Part shown: positions 1 to 12,025 of the stretch, one piece after another
Position numbering within the stretch: position 1 is the first letter of the stretch
Layout of the letters: the number at the start of each line of letters is the position of its first letter
DNA from: Perkinsus olseni
Lineage: Eukaryota
Direction of reading: 5' to 3'
Length of the DNA stretch: 33,377 bases
NCBI GenBank assembly: GCA_013115125.1
Contig: JABANN010000388.1
Span: forward strand, 1-33,377
The notes under the pieces: model-generated
The model's input: only the letters and a program-made list of their open reading frames with translations
Told to the model about the DNA's origin: nothing
The model's database searches: none
Position numbers and translations under genes: made by a program

Positions 1-464
1 TGGTCTGAGCGTCACAGTATGCGTGGAACTAATGGTCAGAGCGCGCACAAGAGTCCTGCAATGCGCTGACACCCGCCGCTAGCTGAGACCGACCGAGTTG
101 TGTGCCAAACACAAAATAGGAGACGAGCAAGGTGAGGTAACGACTCCGGCTCGAACTGTACCTCCAAGCACATGTGCTTTCCAATACAAAGTTGCATAGT
201 AGCCGATTCAACGTCTTCGCGGAGGAACTTCCCACAGTACGGCAGGAGGCACTCTGCCTTCGTTCCACCGCCTCTCCCGTCACTCATGGCCGGGAGGAGG
301 TACGAATCGTCCCGGACGATCCGGATGCGTCTCGCATGCCGACTAAATTGCTCTGGGGTTTTACTAAGTAGGTCTGGAAATGGGGTAGAGGTGGAGGGAG
401 TGCTAAGATCTGCTCGCTTGGCTGCTGTGTCAGGTTAGATATCAATTTAATTTTTGTTTCCTAC

Positions 465-844
465 ATGGCTGAATTCGGCCACGATCTACAGGCTCTTGTG
501 GTCTCATTGAAGCCGCTCGACCCAGTCAGGGCCAAGCTGTCCGAGCTGGGTATCAACACCACCTGATGGCAGCAATAGACAATGAGGATCTTACCAAGGC
601 GTTCTCCTCAGAAGCGGATACTGCAGCTACGCGAACCACCGCGTTCGCCTTGAAGTCTTCGATCGTACTGCTGGTGTCAAAGTCCGATGAGCTAACTACG
701 GCCCCAGGTCAACAGGACGCACTACTACGATCTCTTGTTGAGGCCTGCCAACGAACGCTGAAGTGTCTTCCTCTGGCCTGGCCCTTGAAGAGGTCACATA
801 CAGGCTATATGGTGAGATTGTATTCATATCGTCGTAAGAAATAG
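465..844 (+). pseudogene. Frameshifted ORF fragment with SAM-like N-terminal motif (possible decayed gene or TE ORF)
   Basis: ATG 465 gives MAEFGHDLQALVVSLKPLDPVRAKLSELGINTT*. Reading continues in another frame as LMAAIDNEDLTKAF...CLPLAW (ORF 566..844). Joined, KLSELGINTT/LMAAIDNEDL resembles a SAM-like 'L..LGI.t...L..l..edL' pattern. There is no room for an intron at the junction. Confidence 0.35.
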
Positions 845-970
845 TGTGTTGATGATTCATGTTCCAACTCTCAGTGGTTGACGCGAATCAAGTTTTTAGA
901 CTGTATTCGAATTAATTTGGAGCACTGTTTGAGTCATCAGCGTCCGAGCCAGGAAACACAGCAAACAGCA

Positions 971-1044
971 GCTGGAATGGTCTAGTTGGTTATGACGACT
1001 GCCTAACACGCAGTAGGTCCCGAGTTCGATTCTTGGTTCCAGTA
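971..1044 (+). tRNA. trnV-AAC: tRNA-Val (anticodon AAC)
   Basis: Full cloverleaf: acceptor GCTGGAA/TTCCAGT, D arm GTCTAGTTGGTTATGAC, anticodon arm ACTGC-CTAACAC-GCAGT, T arm CCGAG-TTCGATT-CTTGG, discriminator A. A TTTT Pol III terminator follows at 1045-1048. Confidence 0.97.
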
Positions 1045-1602
1045 TTTTATAACTTTTTACACCCTCCATCGAATGGTTGTTATTTTCGGAAAGATAATGA
1101 TGAACTCTAGTACGGGTTCGTTTCCCGCTGCTACCGCCCCGCCTGGCCGTTGGATTTTGAGTTTTGTATCACGAAGTCAATCACAGCGAGCGATGAATAG
1201 AACAATTACACTACTGCTACAACAGTACTATCAATCAACCGGGCGAGCGAGGGACATAGCGTGATATTGGTCATGGCGACTCACAGCGGTTACACAGGTG
1301 GAAGCGGTCTGTTGGCAGCTTCACTATAATTATTTGGGGTCACTCCAGCCTCGTCATTGGCGAGACCTATCATCTCCACCATCGGCGGGATTATCATCCT
1401 CAACCCCTTCACCCTTATCACTAGCAGCAACCACAACAGGTTGTTGCGAGGGTACGACCGTGGTTACATGACCAGTAGGTTCATCTTGTTGAGTGGGTGA
1501 GGAAGAGGGCTTGTACTGGAAGCTTTCCTGCATCTTCCACGCTCGACCTGAAGATACTCTCCACTGAACTCAACGACCTCTGTTGACAACAGCTAAAGCC
1601 AC

Positions 1603-2587
1603 TCATGACATGACTCTCCCAAAGGGGATAACTGGCCACACAAATTGTACAACCGGCGGCCGAGGGAGAGAGTATCTAGAGGTCAAGCTGAAAAAGTATC
1701 TTCGACCCAGTTTACCTTGCTGCAAAGATACGTCCAGACTTCCGTGCAATTGTCGTGGAAAAACGTTCATCGGCAGGGGGCGGTAACTGATCATTGACAT
1801 TGAACAGTAATGGAGGTTGTTGACGATTTGCTGATAACATCGGAAGCTTCCACTCTGCCTCAACAAGATCGATAAATTTCGAAATCGAAGGGTGACGGAA
1901 ATACAGTGGCAAAATACTACACAAGACGACCGACGATTGGAAAACAGTAAACTCACCGGAGGCGGAACTCTTCGGTCGGTGGAGGGGCCTGATAGCGGAA
2001 GGGCAGTGGCTGATTATGATACGTAACATGAGACTCACCAGCAACAGTACGGGCAGTGAGGGGAGGCGATTTCCGTGAGTCCCGAGAAGTCAGCAGGGGG
2101 GAGTATTGGAAACAGACCTAATATCGGCTGGAATGGTCTAGTTGGTTATGACGACTGCCTAACACGCAGTAGGTTCCGAGTTCGATTCTTGGTTCCAGTA
2201 TTGCACCATCGACTATTCTCGGGTACGGATATTCACTTGTTCCTCATCAAACCATATGCATATACGTATGCACCTGCTATTTTCTTTTCCGGCAAATGAC
2301 TCAAATATCATTATTTTTAATTGACGGAGCACAGCAGCATCATCCGCTCAGAATCTTGCACCCCCGCCCACTCGGCCCGGGTGGCCCGGAGCCCATCATG
2401 TCAACACGCCCCACAAGGAAGCTTTCCACCCCCAACATAGAAGCACACGAGAATCGCCTCACTCCCGGAAGGCGAATCATCGTTGACAGAAAACGACGCC
2501 CAGATGGCCTACCTCGCCTTGCCACCGCGGACTCAGTAAAGCCTGGCCGACTCGTGTGATGGCGAATTTCCTCGACCACTGCGATGG
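1603..2587 (-). CDS. Probable C-terminal exons of the SNF1/AMPK-related kinase (low-complexity tail); 3' end uncertain
   Basis: Phase-compatible GT-AG exons 2513-2587 (PSQWSRKFAITRVGQALLSPRWQGE), ~2039-2117 (VCFQYSPLLTSRDSRKSPPLTARTVA), ~1957-1988 and ~1716-1859 (AEWKLPMLSANRQQPPLL...GRIFAAR), then RYSLPRPP... to a stop at 1603, or further exons to ~1350. An alternative phase-2 splice would end the kinase at 2533. Confidence 0.45.
2127..2200 (+). tRNA. trnV-AAC: tRNA-Val (anticodon AAC), second copy
   Basis: 73/74 identical to 971..1044; the only change is AGGTC->AGGTT in the variable loop. The cloverleaf is intact. It lies antisense within predicted kinase intron 2118..2512. The first T4 run is only at ~2280. 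Confidence 0.95.
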
Positions 2588-2631
2588 CTGAATTGCAGAG
2601 GAGATGAAAATTCAAGTTTCATAAATTCACC

Positions 2632-5528
<2,897 letters not shown>

Positions 5529-5728
5529 ATCGGAGGTTTACGGGCGGATACTCAGACGAAGGTGTCAGTAAACTAATTCTGAAATCCCCACTTTTCGTGT
5601 GAAAATCAATCCCAGAGTCTGAGGGTCACAATTCATTAGTTGTACGGAAGTCGACCGGAAGCCTTGCGCCAATCGATTATAATGGCGCGCGCTAAATGAA
5701 CAGCGCAGGATTGGCCTGGTCAGTCAGT

Positions 5729-6300
5729 TCATCCTCCTGGAATGGAAAGTGGCCGTTCCTCGAACTGCCTCCGGGCATTATGGTTCGCCTTGCTACTCCT
5801 CTGGTCTGCCTTCGTGACCACCTTGGATTCCATCAGACGAATAGTGAATCGGGGCAAAAGGGAGGACGTCAGAACGAAGTAGAATTCTTCACCGCGCCAC
5901 GAAATTATGTTCGATTCGATGAACTATCTTACCTGAGCCTCAGCGGCGCTCTCATCATTCGATTTGACGTGCGAGAGCGAATCCCCGGGGCACTCTCTTG
6001 AAAGGTCGACGGAGGCAGCAGCCTTCTGAACGCTCGGACCGATTGTGCGACTGAGGATCGTTTTCGACATTGATTCACACACGCGAAATTGCGGTTCTTG
6101 AGTCAGTTTATTGGGCGTTCCCACTCTCTCAGTTACCCGGGTATCCGCCGGTGGTCGTTGGCACGAGAGAGTAAGTCGGAGAAGCTTCTATAATCTCGAA
6201 GCCCTCTGGGCGTAGGTTCCGATGCGAAGGCAGCAACAGCCTTCCCGCCGCCTTCCAGTATTGCTACTGACGCTGCCGAGTCGACGAGGTCGGAGGCAGA
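5729..6300 (-). CDS. Small hypothetical multi-exon gene
   Basis: Open segments ESASDLVDSAASVAILEGGG...RRIPG (~6137-6300) and MSKTILSRTIGPSVQ...ESAAEAQ, ending at a strong donor CAG|GTAAG (5932). The intron runs to 5822; last exon VVTKADQRSS...PGG*. No recognisable domain. Confidence 0.35.
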
Positions 6301-6413
6301 TTCTGATTATTCTGAGATGGATGCTAGTCAAGTGTGATTGAATAATGACGTTGTTAATGGAGCATGTAGAATTCGTCAAAGTGGAGTTGCGTGGAGAGTC
6401 CTCTTATTTCGCA

Positions 6414-6485
6414 GCTGAAATGGCTTAGCGGTTGGCCGCGCTGCCTCGCTCTGTGAGGGTGTGGGTTCGATCCCTATCTGCTTCC
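6414..6485 (+). pseudogene. Degenerate tRNA-like Pol III element (A box + B box)
   Basis: A box TGGCTTAGCGG (6421-6431) and T arm GTGGG-TTCGATC-CCTAT at tRNA-like spacing, but the acceptor and anticodon stems do not pair. Confidence 0.55.
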
Positions 6486-6664
6486 TTCTAGCTTAATTAT
6501 CGCTCGTCACTGTGATTGGAGGTCACCACAAGTTTAACAGCAGCTCGTCAGCTTAGCGCTCCCCCTCAATAAATTAATTCCGAAACTCAGAAGCGATTCT
6601 GGTATTGGTTTTTCACCCGTAAAATTACGCAGATCTCAGAATTACTCTATTCAACGAGCCCTCA

Positions 6665-8972
6665 ATGCCAGCGCACGGTCGGCCCTCCTCCTCCTCCTCC
6701 TCCAGCCTTTGGGCCCAGCACGAAATCGACAAACTACGGAGGAGGAACACCGAGCTCGAGACCCGCGTGAAGGTGTATGATCGTCACGCGTGCAATTTGG
6801 TGAATCTTGTGAAGAGACTGACTGATTGAGAACTCGACACCCGGGTTTCGCCATTTGGAATCCAATCTTTCATCTGTTGTTTCTTATCATCCGCCACTTA
6901 GCTTTGCTTCAGCGTAGCTTCTTGTCGGAGCAAGATAGGATCAGCGGTATAAACGTTACAATCTCCAAGCGCGATTACACTGTCCCCTGTCTCCATTGAA
7001 AATTCTATTGAAGCCGGCCCAGAAACTCTCTAGCCCCTCGGTTAGGGGGCTGCTGCTGGCTTTCGAGGGAGGCATCAGCCCACATCCTCTCCTAGGCGGC
7101 CTCGAATCCACATCGTACCGTTCGACAGCGCAGCCATCTTCGTCGGTATTTGCGAGGTCCTCCTGCTTGATCGGCCTCTTGTCGAAGCACCCAGCTTAGC
7201 GGGTGCATCCGAAAGACGTCCGTGATCAGATTGAGTGCCGCGGATCGGGAGGTCGGTGAGCTACAGCAAGAGATAGCCTTGCTGAAGGGGAAGTTGGTAA
7301 ACTACCGCATCAGTACAGGAAATGTGGGGACGCCCACGGGGGGCTCCAGGCGAGAGGCTGGAAAAGGGGGAGAGCTGGCAGAGGTGCTCATGGGAGTTCA
7401 CTTTGCGACGGCGTGTGTTGGTCCACTTCATGATTCAGTAAGCTTCAGAAGGCCCAGGAATATCGGAATTTGCGAACTCTGGCGTCAGCGTTAGTTTAGT
7501 TTTCGCTTGCTCGATAGGTAGAATCGAATCGCCATGTGGGTCGAACATCCCGTGGCTCACTGCTGCTATTGCTCTTGGCAGTTCCACGACTACATAAGGC
7601 AACTGGAAGTGGAGAACGCCCGGCTTGGAATGCTACTGAGAGATACGCGGATAGACCAGCAACGTCGACGGTCGCTCTTGAAACAGCGGAGCGAAAGGGT
7701 CGGTGAAGCCCTGGTTGGAGGGGAAGGTACCCTCATACGGGTGAAGCCTACTCCGTCTGTTTGTGGATGTCTGACTTCTTTCAGTGGCGACACGGGGGCA
7801 GTTGAGTCGGGTCGACGTTGCTCGGCCGACGGAGATGAGGGCTGCTACGGCGATCAGTGAAGAAGCTCTGGCCCTGCACGGAGCAATCGAGCGGTTGAGG
7901 CTACGAAAAGTGGCGGAGTTGTAAGGGGGCTGATGCATGCAGGTGATGACTCATTAGGGCAGATCTTCGCTAGAGTCCGAGAGCTCTACCGTGTCAGCGC
8001 AGAGTCCAAAAAGGGAACAGATAGGTAGGCTTGGGTCTGGGGGTTGGGAAGCGACGTGTTGGTAAAAGCCTTCTGCCGGAGTTGAACCGACGACCTCCCG
8101 CTTACTAAGCGGATGCTCTACCAACTAAGCTAAGAAGGCTGGCTGCATATTTTGCTTCTCGCCTGCTTTCGTTCGGACCATTCGAACGACCATATCACCG
8201 CACTTCAGGACTTCTCTCCTCGACCCCTACGATGGACACTCTCGAGGGAGAAGTTCAGCAACTGAGGAGTCTGAACAGCGCGCTGAATTCACGGGTGATA
8301 AGAAGGCGGCTACTGAGCCTTCACTGTAGGACGGGCGGCATGCCCATGCGGTTCCTCGAATCAGGTCGCGAGGCTGACTGAAGCCCATGAGCTTTTGCGA
8401 ACGGAGGTGCTTTTCATCGGTAGAAGTGCTCACTATTTTCTTTCTGTTCGTTTCAGTTTGATTGTCGCGCCCATGATTTGCAGCTAGTAGTGTCAGAAAT
8501 GAAGCGTCTTTTGACCGAGGCAGACAAGTGTGGATTCACAGTGAGTATTTCCTTCGTCTATCAGCAAACATCCTCTCTTTTCCTGTAGAGCTTCCGTTCA
8601 TCCTCTTCGCGGTTGGATGAGCTGCTGGACGGCCACTTCACCCTGGGAGCCAGCCGAAGGAGCTTCAGCCCATCCCGAAGCCAGAGCCCGGTAGGCTCGA
8701 TGGAGAACTCAAGGCTTCCTCAATGTCCCATCAGATGTCCCCGTCCAAGCGAAGCCAGAGGAGCCCTCGAGTCCAGCCGTATTCGCCTGATAGTCGCGTG
8801 TTGGGTGATGGAAAGCCCGTCGCTGTGCATCTCGGAGTTAATAGTGTGCGAGAGAAAGGAGAGTCTTCGAAAGTAGCACTGCCCCTAGGAAGATGACTCC
8901 CATCATGGGAGTCCCATGTTTAGCTTGGTCAGATGGCTTCCGGAGGCCCTCGATGAGCCGAGTGAACTGTAG
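6665..8972 (+). CDS. Hypothetical coiled-coil protein, multi-exon
   Basis: ATG 6665 MPAHGRPSSSSSSLWAQHEIDKLRRRNTELETRVK|GT. Later exons include LSAADREVGELQQEIALLKGKL, FHDYIRQLEVENARLGMLLRDTR, QIFARVRELYRV...TDR, intron 8025-8208, then TSLLDPYDG, NQVARLTEAHELLRTE|LVVSEMKRLLTEADK and an SR-rich tail. An alternative stop at 8329 is possible. Confidence 0.65.
8067..8139 (-). tRNA. trnT-AGT: tRNA-Thr (anticodon AGT)
   Basis: Minus strand GCCTTCT-TA-GCTTAGTTGGTAGAGC-A-TCCGC-TTAGTAA-GCGGG-AGGTC-GTCGG-TTCAACT-CCGGC-AGAAGGC-T followed by TTT. Complete cloverleaf, nested antisense in intron 8025..8208. Confidence 0.97.
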
Positions 8973-9122
8973 TGTATCAGCATGCTGTGCTTGGATCGAT
9001 CGGAGTATGCCGGGGTTGAGTTTGTCAGAGTACGCGGGATTGAACGCGCACGTCTGTAGGAGAGAAGCGGGAGAAGCCAACGGAAGACTATAAACTCGAC
9101 TTTGTGTCCATGTCCCTTGGGG

Positions 9123-9720
9123 TTAGTTCGATGACAGAACCTTGCAAAGAGCTTCCTTATCCGCAAATATCACCCAGTCGCTGGCATCCTCATTGTTCTG
9201 CTGTTTAAGACCATCAACTCAGCCGCGGGCGCTCATCAATCGTTCTCTATCTCGGGAGGATTTCATTCAATTCGTCGCTCCTACCGTATGGACAGTACCC
9301 TTCTCAGAAGAGCATCGATACCTGCATCAACTTCTGTGTATCTTCGAGGGGACGCGCAAGCAGGTGAACAGAGGCAGGAAGCAAACCTCTGGTCGTCGTC
9401 ACAATTCTACCTCTTCGCCCACCGCGGTTTTTCGACAGTCAGCTCGGCCCCTCACCACAGCGAACAAACCGGTGTTTCTTTCGTTACTGATATCTGAATC
9501 TCTTGGGAAGCCTAGGAAGACTTCCTAGGAATTTCTCTATTGTCATCATAACGAGCAGGCCCTCCTCAGGAGAGCCGAAGGGCGCTTTATTCCGCCAGAT
9601 ACCACCGATATCGTCTGCGAAGGAAATAGCGTCCGAGTCGGTGACGTTGCTGAGTATCGCTTCACCAACTGTCATGCAAACTCCCCCATCGAGGAGGTTT
9701 ACAAAGCAGACCTCCAGCGG
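9123..9720 (-). CDS. Hypothetical multi-exon gene (partial model)
   Basis: Exon-like open segments PLEVCFVNLLDGGVCMTVGEAILSNVTDSDAISFADDIGGIWRNKAPF, FPRDSDISNERNTGLFAVVRG and VDGLKQQNNEDASDWVIFADKEALCKVLSSN*, flanked by plausible splice sites. Start not resolved. Confidence 0.35.
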
Positions 9721-9840
9721 CTAGTTGACGCGGCCGTTGGTGGCATCGATGGGGTGAGGAGTAATCGGACGCCTTCTGATAAACAATTTGATAGCCACTC
9801 GACACGATTTGTGAATAAAATCCCCAAGAAGGGAGCACAT

Positions 9841-9947
9841 CGGTGAAAGGCTTTCACACCGGTCAGAGTTTAGCTAAACTCTGACTCTGATCGGAGTCAT
9901 TGGTCCCCGCACGAGTACTCTAAGAAAAGCTGTGTGAAACACAGCTG
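9841..9947. repeat. Cluster of back-to-back short inverted repeats
   Basis: GTGAAAG-G-CTTTCAC (9843-9857); perfect 24-bp palindrome GTCAGAGTTTAGCTAAACTCTGAC (9862-9885); TGACTCTGA/TCGGAGTCA (9882-9899); GAGTACTC; AGCTGTGT-GAA-ACACAGCT (9928-9946). Confidence 0.85.
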
Positions 9948-9977
9948 ACCTCTATTATCACCAACTGGGTTCATCAA

Positions 9978-11920
9978 TCATTCAGGCTGCTGCACATCAT
10001 CATCATTCAGGTCTTCCTTCTCCTCGGTCTCGCTACTAGTGGCACTGAGCGCAGCCTCTTCCACAATGCTGATGACGGGCTCGTCATCTTAGCGCTCCGT
10101 CATTTGGTAAGCAACCAAATGGTTGGGCAGGTGCACAACTACGGAGCTCATGGTTGGGCTGTTGTTGAACGATAGAATCAGATCCTATAGATCGGAAATT
10201 CTGAAACTCTCAGAGTCCCAATGGAAATATGTTGTCGATTTCAAACGGTTGACAGTGAATTACGCGTTTCAAGGTGAGCAGCTTGACAGAACGACAGAGG
10301 ACGCGAACGGAGTTGGGGAGAGTGAAAAGTCAAAGTCGCGACACGCAAAGATACACCTACGGCGTGAAGGTACGAAGACAGCCTCGGCTGGGAGAAGTAT
10401 CAATTGCATTTTGCCGTCTCCTAGGTCCGAATAGTGGAGGTTACAGATGAAAAGATACGAGACTTGATCGGGCAGCCAAGCCGCTCTGGGGCACCCTTGT
10501 GCAGTCTGCTGGAGAGTAAGCCGACAAAAGCACTGCCTGAAGCGATTCTCATTTCACGACCGCTTCACGCGATGATTCGATCATGGAGGTCACTAGTTCA
10601 CATTGGATGGGATCCTAAGTGAACTGAGCGTCCTTTATGATGCTTAGATCTAAGTGAAGCAAGACTAGCTTTGGGTGATCGCTGTGTGGGGGGGGACTCT
10701 TCCGCTCGCCCCCTGTCAGCTCTACCCTGAGTTCTCATCGCCATACACTGCCACGGCTGTTTGTTGTTTCCAGCGGAAGACGGTGTCACCCTTTCGGGTG
10801 CTCAATCTCTTATGATCGACTCACAGGAAGTCGAGGACGTGGTGGTGGGCAAGATGATTCGAGCGATTGGCAGATCGGGCCATGAGGTTCACAGATGATC
10901 AGAATCAATCCGCTGACTTGGAGGGTTCCTCAGGGCACGACACTTGCAGTGTGGGTTGATATCTCGCAGCACGATAATATGCTCGATTGGGCTACAACTA
11001 GGTGGGACACGCCTCACCCCTCTGCCGGGCTCAACCTTCCCCTACACAGACGACGATAGTGAATCGCCAACAGTAAAGCTGGGTCATTGCAGCTGTAAAC
11101 ATCGTAGGCTAATCAATTTGATCCGAAAGTTAATTCAATCAACCGTGCTGTTGTGGCATCCGCTCATAATCGCCACGATCATGTGACTGCCTGCCCACAG
11201 TCGCTGCGCCATCACGAGAAGATATTTTGTTAACTTGCGGAGAATATGTCACAATATTTCATTTCGGTCCTGATTGCCGTGAACTTAGGCAGGTTGGCGA
11301 GATTCTCCCTGTCAGTCGGTTGATGCTGATAAAGGCACCCAGTCTGGACTGCTTGACCCACGACCGCGACGTAGCGAGCGCTACCAGGGGGTTCACCACC
11401 TTCAAGTCTCAATACACGCTCTGGGTAAGCCACCGAGCTCACTGAGACGCGCTCTGTCAAAGACCCTGAACGGCTCAGCTACTCGTTTCTATTAGGATGC
11501 TGCCTCGAACTGGAGCACACAAAGGCCTCCGCTAGCTGTGTCCCGCTCTAGCGTGCTGACCATGATGCTCATGGGTTCGTTGGTCCACGGGAGTGCGTTG
11601 ATGCAAGTGAGCCCGATGAGCCCGTCCGAGGCTCGACACTTCATCCAGGTCACGGCTGTACTGCCGGTGGAGGGCACTCCTGAGGTTCAGAAAGTCTTGG
11701 AGCTTCTGCAGAAGCTAGGCGAGGTAAATGTGGCCAGCGTTCTGGGGAGGAGAGAGAGTGGCCATGATGAGTGTCACTCTCATCTCCTACCACCCCCTAC
11801 ATCGCAATTCGTCGGACGTATCCTGAGAGTCTTCATGCAATGCGACCGAATAGCATTCAGCGAATACCCAATGAGAATTATCCGCCAGACTTCAGAGAGC
11901 GGCCAGAAATAATATAACAT
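9978..11920 (-). CDS. Hypothetical multi-exon gene; N-terminal segment weakly FCH/F-BAR-like
   Basis: Exon-like segments LLQKLQDFLNLRSALHRQYSRDLDEV (~11560-11705), VVNPLVALATSR, ENLANLPKFTAIRTEMKY, CNDPALLLAIHYRRL and acidic DDEPVISIVEE...QQPE* (stop 9978). Not all exon phases were resolved. Confidence 0.4.
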
Positions 11921-12025
11921 TGAAGACAGGTACGCAGCAGCCCGCTCGTCCAGGATGCTCGAGTGTGCTCATTCGCCGCAACACAGAGGAGGTTGCTCTT
12001 GTTGCTGCAGACAGAGGCTGGGACC

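Noticed and set aside
36-287. Minus-strand ORF MSDGRGGGTKAECLL... with a good ATG context
   Set aside because: Short, with no recognisable domain or clear splice chain, and at the window edge; cannot be supported.
1109-1135. T-arm-like ACGGG-TTCGTTT-CCCGC; a similar CCTGG-TTCGTTT-CTGC on the minus strand at ~5005-5040
   Set aside because: Both lack the conserved A of the B box. They could be weaker members of the relic family but are not distinguishable from chance.
2340-2580. Possible RNase P, U3 or SRP RNA (GAGGAAATTC, CTGAGCGG motifs)
   Set aside because: No matching partner motifs (P4/CR-V, U3 boxes A/B, SRP helix 8) were found; part of it fits a coding exon.
11538-11912. Plus-strand 124-aa ORF
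   Set aside because: More plausibly the antisense of minus-strand exons that have splice signals.
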